From positions 76,271-110,825 of the forward strand of contig JAOZFN010000007.1 in NCBI GenBank assembly GCA_027492205.1: a stretch of 34,555 bases of DNA, read 5' to 3'. This DNA comes from Thermoproteota archaeon. GTDB lineage: Archaea > Korarchaeota > Korarchaeia > Korarchaeales > Korarchaeaceae. The notes beneath the pieces were generated by a model. That model did no database searches. It had not been told where the DNA came from and was given only the letters and a program-made list of their open reading frames with translations. The position numbers were made by a program, and so were the translations under genes. Positions 1 through 9,272 of this stretch are shown here, one piece after another (position 1 is the first letter of the stretch; every line of letters starts with the position of its first letter).

Positions 1-902
1 GCCTTGGCGTTCCTGATGATCTGATCGGCGTAGGACTCCCCGAAGGCCTTCAGCTCCGCCAGCGCCACGGCCAGGGCGGCGACGGCGTTCAGGTGGTGGT
101 TGCTGAGCAGGCCGGGGAAGCAGGCCTGCTTGATCAGCTCGAACTTCTCGTCGTCGTTGGTCACCACGGCGCCGTGCTGCGGGCCGGGCAGCGTCTTGTG
201 GGTGCTCATGGTCATGCTGTCGGCGCCCTCGCGGAGCGGGTCCTGGAACCTCCCCGCGCCGATCAGGCCTGCCACGTGGGCGGCGTCGTAGTTCACGTGG
301 GCCCCCAGGGAGTGGGCGACCTCGGCGATCTCACGTATGGGCTGCGGGAACAGGATCTCGGAGGCGCCGAACATGATCAGCTTGGGCTTGTACTTCTCGA
401 CCCTCCTGATGGTCCTGTCGACATCTATGTTGAACTCCTCGTCGTTGAACGCGATGTACTCCACCCTCAGGCCGTGGACGGCCCCCGCGGTCCCGCCGAT
501 CCTGGTCCCCTTCTTCCCGTAGAGGGGACCCATGCTTATGTGGCCACCTTTCGTGATGGGGAGGGCCATCATCACGTCTCCCGGCTGAGTGAAGGCCGTG
601 TACACGGCAAGGTTCGCCATCACGCCGCTGATCGGTCTGACGTCCGCGTGCTTGACCCTGAAGATGTCCTTCATCAGGTCCATGGCCAGCTGCTCCACCT
701 GGTCGATGTACCTGCAGCCCGCGTAGACGCGCTCGCCCACCCAGCCCTCCGCGTACCTGTGGCCGAAGTCCGACAGTAGGGCCTCTCGCACCGCGTAGCT
801 GGTCACGTTCTCGCTGGCTATGAGGGGGATAGAGGAATCAAACCAGGCGTGATGCTCCTCCAAAAGGGAGAATACCCTGTCATAAGCCATCTTGGGATCC
901 AA
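1..902 (-). CDS. glyA: serine hydroxymethyltransferase (3' end beyond window)
   Basis: Not in the ORF track. Manual minus-strand translation gives IPLIASENVTS, HRYAEGWVGERVYAGC, GGHISM, YDAAHVAGLI and the PLP-lysine motif STHKTLPGPQHG. TTG start at 902 follows GGGGTG (alternative ATG at 890). Confidence 0.95.
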   Translation of the reverse strand, partial: MDPKMAYDRVFSLLEEHHAWFDSSIPLIASENVTSYAVREALLSDFGHRYAEGWVGERVYAGCRYIDQVEQLAMDLMKDIFRVKHADVRPISGVMANLAVYTAFTQPGDVMMALPITKGGHISMGPLYGKKGTRIGGTAGAVHGLRVEYIAFNDEEFNIDVDRTIRRVEKYKPKLIMFGASEILFPQPIREIAEVAHSLGAHVNYDAAHVAGLIGAGRFQDPLREGADSMTMSTHKTLPGPQHGAVVTNDDEKFELIKQACFPGLLSNHHLNAVAALAVALAELKAFGESYADQIIRNAK

Positions 903-1014
903 CTGGACACCCCGGGGTCCGGTTGTGAACATGGAATAAACGTTAGTCAGGAGGGTCTGTCGATTGGGTCTGGCCGCCGAACCATAAATTGCCGACGCTC
1001 CCACCGGCTCAGCG

Positions 1015-1692
1015 ATGCCCACCAGAGTCGTCTCAATCGTAGGGTCCCTGGCTAGAGACGCCGCTCTCGCTGCCGCCGCCCAGGTAGGCTCTACCTGCGT
1101 GGTTGAGGGCGGCGAGCCCGAGCCCCTGCCGAAGGGAGTCGTCAAGAGGGCGATCCTGCGGCGCGGAGGTGTCGTGGAGCACAGGGCGACCGACGCCGAC
1201 CCCCTCTCCCTGCTCATGGGATCGGAGGAGTGCGAGTACGCGATCCTCGTCGGGCTCACCTCCCCCCTGGCGCTGAGGATACTCGCCGTGAGGGGCGAGG
1301 AGGAGGCCCGCGAGCTGGTCGACGATCTGACCGTGGCCGTCACGTCCAGCGAGGAGGTCGACGTCAAGGGCGTGAGGTTCGTGCCAATGGGGGATCTGGG
1401 GGAGTTCATAGCCGGTCTGCCCGTCTACCCGGCCTGGCTCAACTGCGGGGAGTGCGGGTTCAAGACCTGCTTCGACTACCTCAAGGCCGCCGCCAGGGGC
1501 GAGGACGTGTTCTGCCCGCCCGGGGAGCCCAAGCCCACCACCCTGAAGGTGAACGGCAGGCCCGTCGGGCTAGTGAGGTTCGTGGAGCGTCAGCTGCGGG
1601 AGCTCGCGCTGGCCTACCTCAGGACCCTGAAGGGCGTCCCGAAGGACATTAAGGAGGTGGAGCTGCGCATACGCCTGACGGGGGATGAGTGA
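1015..1692 (+). CDS. MobB-like protein with C-terminal Fe-S domain; P-loop degenerate
   Basis: LNCGECGFKTC...C cysteine motif and tail LKVNGRPVGLVRFVERQL...LRTLKGV resemble archaeal MobB-FeS proteins. The N-terminal VVSIVG lacks the GKT of Walker A. Confidence 0.65.
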   Translation: MPTRVVSIVGSLARDAALAAAAQVGSTCVVEGGEPEPLPKGVVKRAILRRGGVVEHRATDADPLSLLMGSEECEYAILVGLTSPLALRILAVRGEEEARELVDDLTVAVTSSEEVDVKGVRFVPMGDLGEFIAGLPVYPAWLNCGECGFKTCFDYLKAAARGEDVFCPPGEPKPTTLKVNGRPVGLVRFVERQLRELALAYLRTLKGVPKDIKEVELRIRLTGDE

Positions 1693-2773
1693 GGCCGGCC
1701 GCCCGACCCTGAGGGAGACGCCCCTCTGCGAGCGTCTCCAGGGCGGCGCCGTCAGGTGCCTGGTGTGCGAGAGGAGGTGCTTCCTACGGCCGGGCCAGGT
1801 TGGGTTCTGCCGCACGAGGGTGAACCTTGAGGGTAGGCTCCAGACCACGGTCTACGGGGCGCTGAGCGCCATGGAGAGCAGGCCCATCGAGGTCAAGCCC
1901 TTCTATCACTTCTGGCCGGGATCCAGCGCCGCCACGATCTCGACATGGGGGTGCAACTTCAGGTGCCCCTGGTGCCAGAACTGGCACATCAGTCAGGTCG
2001 ATCCCCCCGAGAGCCCCTCCTACGTCCCCCCGGAAGACGTGGTCAAGGCGGCGCTCGCGTGGGGGGATGAGGGAGTTTGCGTCAGCTTCAACGAGCCGAC
2101 GATGCTGTTCGAGTACTCCCTCGACCTGTTCAGGCTGGCCAGGGAGAGGGGGCTCTACTGCACCTACGTCTCCAACGGCTACATGACGAGAGAGGCGCTG
2201 GAGGCGCTCGTGGACGCCGGCCTAGACGGGCTGAAGATAGACATCAAGGGGGGCGAGCTGGCCTACGCAAAGTACGCGCCTGGGGCCGACTGGAGGGTCC
2301 CGTGGAGGAACGCCGAGTTGGCGTTGGAGAGGGGCGTGCACGTCGAACTCGTCTACCTGCTCATCCCCGGCGTGAACGACGGGGAAGACGACATCAGGAC
2401 AGTGGCCAGGCTGGCGGCCCGGCTGGGGGAGGGGAACGTCCCCCTGCACTTCACGCGCTACTTCCCCGCCCACCGTTTCAACGCGCCGCCCACGCCCGTC
2501 GAGGCGCTCGAGAAGGCGTGCGAGATGGCGAGGGAGGAGGGGGTAAGGTTCGCGTACGTTGGCAACGTCCCGGGCCACAGGATGGAGAACACCTACTGCC
2601 CGGAGTGCGGCTGCCTCCTCATAAGGAGGTTCGGGCCCAGGGTCGTCGACGTCAGGCTTGAGGAGGGCAGGTGCCCGCGCTGCGGGGCGGAGGTGCCGGT
2701 AGTCGGAAGGGCCAGGCCGACGGGGAGTGACGCGTTTCAAAAGGGGCTCAGAGGTGGAGGTCCAGCACGGTGA
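1685..2773 (+). CDS. AmmeMemoRadiSam-type radical SAM enzyme (PFL-activating-enzyme-like)
   Basis: N-terminal CxxCxxxC...GFCRTR, PIEVKPFYHFWPG, radical SAM CNFRCPWCQNWHISQ, FNEPT, PLHFTRYFP, C-terminal NTYCPECG and CPRCG. Confidence 0.9.
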   Translation: MSEAGRPTLRETPLCERLQGGAVRCLVCERRCFLRPGQVGFCRTRVNLEGRLQTTVYGALSAMESRPIEVKPFYHFWPGSSAATISTWGCNFRCPWCQNWHISQVDPPESPSYVPPEDVVKAALAWGDEGVCVSFNEPTMLFEYSLDLFRLARERGLYCTYVSNGYMTREALEALVDAGLDGLKIDIKGGELAYAKYAPGADWRVPWRNAELALERGVHVELVYLLIPGVNDGEDDIRTVARLAARLGEGNVPLHFTRYFPAHRFNAPPTPVEALEKACEMAREEGVRFAYVGNVPGHRMENTYCPECGCLLIRRFGPRVVDVRLEEGRCPRCGAEVPVVGRARPTGSDAFQKGLRGGGPAR

Positions 2774-3581
2774 CCTCAGGTGGGCAGTTCAGCCTGAGGG
2801 GAGCGAAGGACCAGCCCAACCCCCTGTTCACGTACATTAGCGCCTCTCCCAGGCGATAGAGGCCCGACACGTACCTCCTCCCCAGGCGGGACGGGACGTA
2901 CAGGGGGCCCACGAGGGGAAGCCTCACCTGGCCCCCGTGGGTGTGCCCGCAGAGGACCAGCCTCTCCCGCCCGGTGAGGCCGTCGACGATCTCTGGAGAG
3001 TGCGCCAGCAGCAGGATCGGCTGGTCCTCCGATCTGGAGCGGCCCTCCAGGGCCGACCGAGCGTCGTCCCTCCCGGTGTGGGGATCGTCGACGCCGGCCA
3101 ACCAGATGGACCCGCCGTCAAGCTCAACGGACTCCCCGCTGTTCAGGAGCACCCGGCCTCCGGCGCCCTCTATCGTCTGGACTATCTCGTCGACCGTGGG
3201 CCCGCCCCTACCGGCGGCCCAGTGGTCCCAGTTCCCCAGCACGGCATAAACGGGGCCCAATCCGCATAGATCCGAGTAGAAATCCCTGAGCGCCTCTCTC
3301 CCCTCTGGGGAGTCCACGTGATCGCCAGTCACCGCTATCAGGTCCGGTGAGGCCTCCTCAACTGCGGAGATAGCCCTCTCCTCCCTGTCTCCAATGCCGC
3401 GGAGGTGGAGGTCCGAGAGGTGGGCGATCCTGAGGGAGGCGCCGCGAGAGCCAAGGGTCAGCTCGAGCCTCTCCACCGTGACGTCGTTCAACTCGTGGAA
3501 CCTGGCGTAGAGCACCGTGGAGGCCGCTGCCGCCAAGGACGCGGCGAGGAACGTCCTCCTCGCGACTCTTACGTTGAGCAT
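2748..3581 (-). CDS. calcineurin-like metallophosphoesterase (YkuE-like) with twin-arginine-like N-terminus
   Basis: Motifs SDLH, TGDHVD, LGNWDH, LAHSP, CGHTHGGQ, VNRGLG. Start reassigned to ATG 3581 (SD GGAGGGG), giving MLNVRVARRTFLAASL. The longer ORF to 4073 is antisense to smsC. Confidence 0.9.
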   Translation of the reverse strand: MLNVRVARRTFLAASLAAAASTVLYARFHELNDVTVERLELTLGSRGASLRIAHLSDLHLRGIGDREERAISAVEEASPDLIAVTGDHVDSPEGREALRDFYSDLCGLGPVYAVLGNWDHWAAGRGGPTVDEIVQTIEGAGGRVLLNSGESVELDGGSIWLAGVDDPHTGRDDARSALEGRSRSEDQPILLLAHSPEIVDGLTGRERLVLCGHTHGGQVRLPLVGPLYVPSRLGRRYVSGLYRLGEALMYVNRGLGWSFAPLRLNCPPEVTVLDLHL

Positions 3582-3609
3582 CCCCTCCGGGCGGGCGGCA
3601 GACTGGTCA

Positions 3610-3662
3610 TAACTTTTTATAACGCCGTTAAATACCTGTCGAGAGGGGGTTAATCTAACACC
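3610..3662. promoter_or_regulatory. divergent AT-rich promoter region between phosphoesterase and smsC
   Basis: TTTTTATA TATA-like element at 3614-3621, palindrome TAACG-C-CGTTA at 3620-3630, GGTTAATCTAACA at 3648-3660. Confidence 0.5.
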
Positions 3663-3680
3663 CGGTCGGAGGGGTGTCCG

Positions 3681-4436
3681 ATGCTTAGGATCGAAGATCT
3701 GCGCGTGACGGTCGATGGGAGGGAGGTGCTGAAGGGCGTTAACCTCGAGCTGGGGGCCAGCGAGATAGCCCTGCTCCTGGGCCCAAACGGCTCTGGGAAG
3801 TCCTCTCTCATCCAGACCCTCCTGGGAAACCCCAAGTATCGGATCAAATCTGGCAGGATCCTCCTCGACGGGAGGGACATTACCGACCTCCCGGCGAACG
3901 AGAGGGCCGCCTTGGGCCTGGGGGCAGTCTTCCAAATGCCGCCAAAGCTCAGGGGTATCAGGCTCAGGGACCTGCTTAGGAGACTTGCTGAGAGGAGCGG
4001 GGCGGATTACCAGAGCCTCATGAAGATGGCGGAGGAGGTGGGCGCGGCTCACCTGCTCGACAGGGACCTGCACGTCGGGTTCAGCGGGGGAGAGGTGAAG
4101 AGGGCCGAGGTCCTCCTCCTGGCCGCCCAGAGACCAAGAGTCGCTCTACTGGACGAGCCCGACTCGGGAGTGGATCTGGACAGCTTACCCGTGCTGGGAA
4201 AGTCCATCAGGAGCGTGATCTCGCAGGACGGAGACAGGGCTCAGGAGAGGAGGTCTGCGTTGGTGGTCACCCACACTGGGCACATAGCGAAGTACCTACA
4301 GGCGACGAGGGCCTTCATCATGGTGGACGGCGTCATTAAGTGCTACGGGGACGCGCAGGCCATCCTCAGAGACGTGGAGAAGTACGGGTTCGAAGGCTGC
4401 CTCAACTGCATCTTCGCCGAGGTGAGGAGGGATTGA
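3681..4436 (+). CDS. smsC: SufC-like ABC ATPase of the SUF-like minimal Fe-S system (SmsC)
   Basis: Walker A GPNGSGKS, signature FSGGEVKR, LLDEPDSGVD, C-terminal C-X18-C-X2-C (KCYG...EGCLNC). Confidence 0.9.
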   Translation: MLRIEDLRVTVDGREVLKGVNLELGASEIALLLGPNGSGKSSLIQTLLGNPKYRIKSGRILLDGRDITDLPANERAALGLGAVFQMPPKLRGIRLRDLLRRLAERSGADYQSLMKMAEEVGAAHLLDRDLHVGFSGGEVKRAEVLLLAAQRPRVALLDEPDSGVDLDSLPVLGKSIRSVISQDGDRAQERRSALVVTHTGHIAKYLQATRAFIMVDGVIKCYGDAQAILRDVEKYGFEGCLNCIFAEVRRD

Positions 4437-5647
4437 ACGAGGTAGAACTCGAGGAGCTGAGGAAGAGGGCGGAGGCCGCCCTCTCCAAGCCGGCTGCGTA
4501 TGGTCCAGACGTTGACGTGACACAGTTCTCCGTTCCGCCCCCTCCAACGTCGTACGAAGAGATACTGAGCGCCAGCTCCCACCTGCTGGCCAGCGTCGGA
4601 GTCGACCTGACCGGGAGGGGGAGCGCCGGAACCTACCTCCAAGTGGACGAGGAGGCGGTCGAGGTCGAGGTGAGGACCCCAGGTCTCAGGGTCCTGAACC
4701 TCCAGCAGGCCCTGGAGGATGGAATCGTGGACGGCTACCTCTGGAGGGCCGTGCCGGTTGACGCCGACAAGTACACCGCGGCTGCGGAGCTCTTCGGTCG
4801 GAGGCAGGGATACGTGGTGATAGCAGAGAGGGGAGCCAAGATCGAGACGCCCGTCCAGGCGTGCCTCCTCATGTCGGCTCCCGGGGCCATCCAGGCGCCA
4901 CACAACATCGTCATAGTGGAGGAGGGGGCCGAGCTCCACGTGGTGACCGGGTGCCTGACCATGATGGAGCGCGCCGGCCTTCATGCCGGCGTGTCGGAGT
5001 TCTACGTCAAGCGGGGCGGGAAGCTCACCTACACCATGATACACGCCTGGGACGAGCAGACCCACGTGAGACCGAGGACCGGGGTCGTGGTCGAGGAGGG
5101 CGGCCAGTACGTAAGCCACTACGTGAACATGACCCCGACCGCCTCGCTCCAGACCGACCCAAAGGTTTGGCTGGTCGGGAGGGGGGCCAGGGCCCACCTG
5201 TCCTCCGTGATCGTCGCCAAGGGGGACTCCGTCATGGACGTGGGCGGGACGGTCTATCTCCAGGCCCCGGACACTTCGGCGGAGATCGTGTCCAGGGCGG
5301 TCACGAAGGACAGGGCCGAGATGATCGCGAGGTCCCTCATCTCCGCGGAGGCGCCCGGGGTGAGGGGTCACATAGAGTGCGACGGCCTCCTCCTGTCGAA
5401 TCAGTCCCGGATCCTCACGCTCCCGGCCCTAGACGCCAAGCACAGCGACGTCCAGCTCTCCCACGAGGCCGCCGTCGGCAAGCTGGGTGAGGACCAGATA
5501 TTCTACCTGATGTCAAGGGGGTTCTCCGAGGACGAGGCGACGAGCATGCTCGTCCGGGGCTTCATGGAGGTAAAGCTGGAGGGGATCCCGGACGAGCTGA
5601 GGAGGAAGATAGAGATGGCCATCTCGATGGCCGCCGCCGGGCTCTGA
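4433..5647 (+). CDS. smsB: SufB/SufD-family Fe-S scaffold (SmsB)
   Basis: PVQACL, QAPHNIVIVEEGAELHVVTGC, GHIECDGLLL, LSHEAAVGKL...IFYLMSRG. TTG start at 4433 after GAGGAGGG overlaps the smsC stop. Confidence 0.9.
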   Translation: MNEVELEELRKRAEAALSKPAAYGPDVDVTQFSVPPPPTSYEEILSASSHLLASVGVDLTGRGSAGTYLQVDEEAVEVEVRTPGLRVLNLQQALEDGIVDGYLWRAVPVDADKYTAAAELFGRRQGYVVIAERGAKIETPVQACLLMSAPGAIQAPHNIVIVEEGAELHVVTGCLTMMERAGLHAGVSEFYVKRGGKLTYTMIHAWDEQTHVRPRTGVVVEEGGQYVSHYVNMTPTASLQTDPKVWLVGRGARAHLSSVIVAKGDSVMDVGGTVYLQAPDTSAEIVSRAVTKDRAEMIARSLISAEAPGVRGHIECDGLLLSNQSRILTLPALDAKHSDVQLSHEAAVGKLGEDQIFYLMSRGFSEDEATSMLVRGFMEVKLEGIPDELRRKIEMAISMAAAGL

Positions 5648-5681
5648 GGAATCTCCTCGGTCCCCCTCGGACCCCTCCGCA

Positions 5682-7604
5682 TCACATCTTCTCCAACCTG
5701 GGAACGCCGATCAGGTCCATGGCAAGGCCGAGGGTGTTCCTCACGGCAGAGACGAGGGCCAGCCTGGCCGACCTGGTGGGCTCCTCGGCCGGTAGGACCG
5801 GATGAGTCTCGTAGAACTTGTTGAACCTCGCGGCCAGCTCGTTCGCGTACTGCGCCACCACGTCAGGCCTCCTGAGCGAGATAGCGGACCTGAGCGTCTC
5901 TGGGAACTCGGCGAGGTGCATCACGAGGTCATACTCGCCGTCCGTCCCAAGGGCGGCCGCCTGATACTCCCGCGGAGATCCCCCCGCCTTCCTCAGTATT
6001 CCCGAAGCTCTGGTGTACGCGTACTGGGTGAAGGGACCGCTGTTGGCCTCCAGGTTCAGCACCCTGTCCCAGGAGAAGACCACAGGCTTCGACGGGTCCA
6101 CCGATAGGAGGGCAAACCTTATCGCGCCCACCGCGACCTTCTCCGCGATCTCCTCCACCTCTTCCTGACTCAACCCGGGCCTGTCCCTGAGGAGTTCCAC
6201 CACCTTGCGCTTGGCCTCGTCCATGAGCTCGTCCAGGGTGACGTAGATCCCCAGCCTGCCGGACATCGTCACCCCAACGAGGTTGACCATCTCGTAGCTG
6301 AAGTGCTGTATCCTGTCAGGGTCCTCCCCGGCGAGGGCCACGCTCGCCCTGACCTGGAGCTGCTCCAGCCTCTGCTCCGCGCCTATCACGTTGTAGCAGA
6401 CCTCGACCCCCACCCCCTCGATCTTGTAGAGTGAGTATGCGACGTCGGTCGCGGTGTAGAGCCAGGTCCCGTCGGACCTGGTGAGGTAGAACTTCAGGGG
6501 GGCGACCTCCTCCAGCCTGCCCTCGGCGTCGAGCTCCCTCACCCTCTCGGCCGTGAGGCCGAAGACCCTCGCCACGTCCTCCCTTTCCCTGATGGCCCTG
6601 GCCAGGTCGACGTAGGCGGCGCCGCCTTCGAAACCCACGTAGCCCGAGTCTTTCAGCCTCTCAAACATCTCAGCGGTCCATCCGTTCCAGATCAGATCGC
6701 TCTCCCAGTCATACGCGTCGTGCTTTATGTCTAGGCGATTCAGCGTGTCGACAAAGCCCTCCATAACGGACTCGACCGCCGCCCTCACGATCTCCTTCGC
6801 CCAAGTCTCGCCAGCCTGGTACGCGGCGAGCAGGTTCCGCACGCCCCCCTCGGGGTCTGGGTCCTCCCGTATGGCCCTGAGGACCTTGTCGACTACTTCC
6901 CCTTGCTCGGCCCTCAGCCTGTCCAGCGCCTGTTCGAGCCTCTCCCTCTCTTCCCCCTCGGCGCGCCTCAGCTCGATCGCTATGTTCGTCGCCGCGTAAA
7001 CTGCCCCGAACCAGTGGTCGATCTTACCTTTAGGCTTCTCTCCCGTCACCTTGGAGAAGCCGTAGGACATCAGGACGGTCTGATTGCCCGAATCGTTCAC
7101 CAGGTAGTGGGTCTCTACCCTGCGCCCCGCGTGCCTGAGCATCCTCGCGTAGGAGTCCCCTATCACGGCGTTCCTGCCGCTGCCGACGTGGAGGGGGTGG
7201 GCGGGATTGGCGCTGGTGTGCTCAACCATGACGACGCCCCCTCGAACGTCTCCACGGCCGAACTCTGGAGAGGAGGCCGCGTCGATTATGGCGCGGATGA
7301 GGGTGGGCTCGTCAAACCTGAAGTTCACGAAGCCCCGGGCGGGCGAGGCGCTGGCGGCTATGGGGATGGATGATAGGTTCAGACGATCCACCACATTCTT
7401 TGAGACTTCCTCTGGGCTCATCTTCAGTCTCCCAGCGAGCTTGAATCCTATTGGCGAACCCAGGTGTCCTACCTCCCTGCTCGGGGTCTTTTGAACCGGT
7501 ATTTCCGTTGGGTCAACCTTGAGACCAAGCCGCGAGGCTGCCTCGGCTATCCCCCTGGCTATGTGCTCTTTCAGAGAGCCGAGGGGATCTCTCGAATCGA
7601 GCAT
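5682..7604 (-). CDS. argS: arginine--tRNA ligase
   Basis: EHTSANPAHPLHVGSGRNAVIGD (HIGH-type), RSDGTWLY, YNVIGAEQ, MSGRLG, QYAYTRASGILRKA, C-terminal DALR domain ending LEKM. Confidence 0.97.
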   Translation of the reverse strand: MLDSRDPLGSLKEHIARGIAEAASRLGLKVDPTEIPVQKTPSREVGHLGSPIGFKLAGRLKMSPEEVSKNVVDRLNLSSIPIAASASPARGFVNFRFDEPTLIRAIIDAASSPEFGRGDVRGGVVMVEHTSANPAHPLHVGSGRNAVIGDSYARMLRHAGRRVETHYLVNDSGNQTVLMSYGFSKVTGEKPKGKIDHWFGAVYAATNIAIELRRAEGEERERLEQALDRLRAEQGEVVDKVLRAIREDPDPEGGVRNLLAAYQAGETWAKEIVRAAVESVMEGFVDTLNRLDIKHDAYDWESDLIWNGWTAEMFERLKDSGYVGFEGGAAYVDLARAIREREDVARVFGLTAERVRELDAEGRLEEVAPLKFYLTRSDGTWLYTATDVAYSLYKIEGVGVEVCYNVIGAEQRLEQLQVRASVALAGEDPDRIQHFSYEMVNLVGVTMSGRLGIYVTLDELMDEAKRKVVELLRDRPGLSQEEVEEIAEKVAVGAIRFALLSVDPSKPVVFSWDRVLNLEANSGPFTQYAYTRASGILRKAGGSPREYQAAALGTDGEYDLVMHLAEFPETLRSAISLRRPDVVAQYANELAARFNKFYETHPVLPAEEPTRSARLALVSAVRNTLGLAMDLIGVPRLEKM

Positions 7605-7709
7605 CGTTCCTTCCGCACGCCGGCCCTAATTAAGGATGAGCCAGCGTGGCCCTCCCGGATCGAAGTCATTTTAACGTCGTTGTACGAGGCGTCGCGAGGT
7701 GAGTTTACG

Positions 7710-8591
7710 GTGGCCGCAGGTCAAGGAGGCAAGCCCGCTCCACCCCCGCCGGCGCTGACTCCCCCGGCTCAGGTAGGGGTGAATCAGCAGATAAGGGAGA
7801 GGCTCAGCGGGGTCAAGTACAAGATAATCGTGCTGAGCGGGAAGGGCGGCGTGGGCAAGTCCACCGTCACGGCCAACCTGGCGGCGACGCTGGCCAAGAT
7901 GGGCTACTCCGTCGGCGTGTTCGACTACGACTTCCACGGGCCGGCAATGGCGAGGATGCTGGGCGTCCTGGGGGCTCAGCTGCAGGCATTCCCCATGGGA
8001 ATATTCCCCGTCACGGGGGCGGCCGGCGTCAAGGTGATCTCGCTGGCGTTCCTCCTGCCCGACGAGAAGACTCCGGTGATATGGAGGGGTCCCCTCAAGA
8101 ACAAGGCCCTCCAAGAGCTGATGAGCAACGTCGTCTGGGGTCAGCTGGACTTCCTGCTGTTCGACCTGCCGCCGGGCACCGGCGACGAGGCGCTCAACAT
8201 CGCCCAGAACATACCCGACGTCACCGGGGCCGTGGTGGTGACGATACCCAGCGTCGTCTCTCAGGTGGCCGTGGAGAAGTCCGCGGAATTCTGCAAGCAG
8301 CTGAACGTCCCCCTACTTGGCGTGATAGAGAACATGAGCTACTTCAGGTGTCCGCACTGCGGGGAGATCACGGAAATATTCGGCAGCGGGGCAGGGGAGA
8401 AGATCGCCGAGGAGGAGGGCATCAGGTTACTTGGAAGGCTCCCGCTCGATCCTAACGTGGCCCGGTGCCTGGATGAGGGTAGGCCCGTTCCCCTGTGCGC
8501 CCCCGAGTCCGAAACGACGAGGGCCTTCGAGGAACTGGCCAAGAAGCTCGTGGAGATCCTGGAGAATGGAGGGGAAGGAGGGTCTGAGTGA
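7710..8591 (+). CDS. mrp: Mrp/ApbC/Nbp35 family Fe-S cluster carrier ATPase
   Basis: SGKGGVGKST, PVIWRGP, DLPPGTGD, GVIENMSYFRCPHCG. GTG start at 7710 after SD GAGGTGA. Confidence 0.93.
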   Translation: MAAGQGGKPAPPPPALTPPAQVGVNQQIRERLSGVKYKIIVLSGKGGVGKSTVTANLAATLAKMGYSVGVFDYDFHGPAMARMLGVLGAQLQAFPMGIFPVTGAAGVKVISLAFLLPDEKTPVIWRGPLKNKALQELMSNVVWGQLDFLLFDLPPGTGDEALNIAQNIPDVTGAVVVTIPSVVSQVAVEKSAEFCKQLNVPLLGVIENMSYFRCPHCGEITEIFGSGAGEKIAEEEGIRLLGRLPLDPNVARCLDEGRPVPLCAPESETTRAFEELAKKLVEILENGGEGGSE

Positions 8592-8606
8592 GGCACCACC
8601 AGACCC

Positions 8607-9260
8607 TCATCCAGGGACTTCTCGGGTCCCTCCCAAGTTTTTCACTATTCTGAGGGCTAGGAGGAGGTCTTCGAGCGTGTTAACGTTGAGGAAGGTTACC
8701 TCCGGTCTCTCAGACAGCGCGCCCACCGGAACGAGCTTGACCCTCAGGAGGGAGAGGGCCGACGAGATCCTCAGCTCTCCGCGCGATACGACCTCCTCGG
8801 CAGCTCGGAGGAATTCCTGCCTCCGGTAGGCGGCGACGAGGGGTTCGATGTAGCCGTTGGGCCACGCCGGGACCGCGGCGTCCGCGTCGCCGCCGGCCAA
8901 CTCGGCTTCCAGAACCTCATAGACCCTCTGAGTGACGAAGGGCGTGTCTGCCGGGGCCACCAGGACGGTGCGGCCCTCGGCGGATCGTGCCCCCTCCATC
9001 AGGCCGATCAGCGGCGCCCTGGGGGCCGAATCCGGCTCCACGACTATCTTGGCGGTGGACCCGACGACCTTAGTCAGGCTTTCAGCCTTCTCCCTCCCCC
9101 TGACGACGATCATGACTTCGTCTGAGGCTGGCCGAAGCGCCTCCAGGGAGTACAGGATCATGGGCCTCCCGCCAACCTCGAGGAGAGGCTTGTACAGGCC
9201 GTTCAACCTCTTGGACTCTCCTCCGGCCAAGATCACCCCTGAAACCCGGTCCCGTGGCAA
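8607..9260 (-). CDS. mobA: molybdenum cofactor guanylyltransferase
   Basis: ILAGGESKRL...KPLL, APADTPF, IEPLVAAY, FLNVNTLEDL. Confidence 0.92.
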   Translation of the reverse strand: MPRDRVSGVILAGGESKRLNGLYKPLLEVGGRPMILYSLEALRPASDEVMIVVRGREKAESLTKVVGSTAKIVVEPDSAPRAPLIGLMEGARSAEGRTVLVAPADTPFVTQRVYEVLEAELAGGDADAAVPAWPNGYIEPLVAAYRRQEFLRAAEEVVSRGELRISSALSLLRVKLVPVGALSERPEVTFLNVNTLEDLLLALRIVKNLGGTREVPG

Positions 9261-9272
9261 GGCAACTCCACC

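Noticed and set aside
93-779. 228-aa plus-strand ORF
   Set aside because: Antisense shadow of glyA.
3582-4073. N-terminal extension of the phosphoesterase ORF
   Set aside because: Runs through the promoter and antisense to smsC; a better start with SD exists at 3581. The extensions of mrp (7464), polyferredoxin (10889), ssb (23010) and smsB (4340) were dropped for similar reasons.
7170-7200. ArgRS HVGS instead of HIGH as a sign of inactivation
   Set aside because: The rest of the enzyme is intact and the HIGH motif is known to vary.
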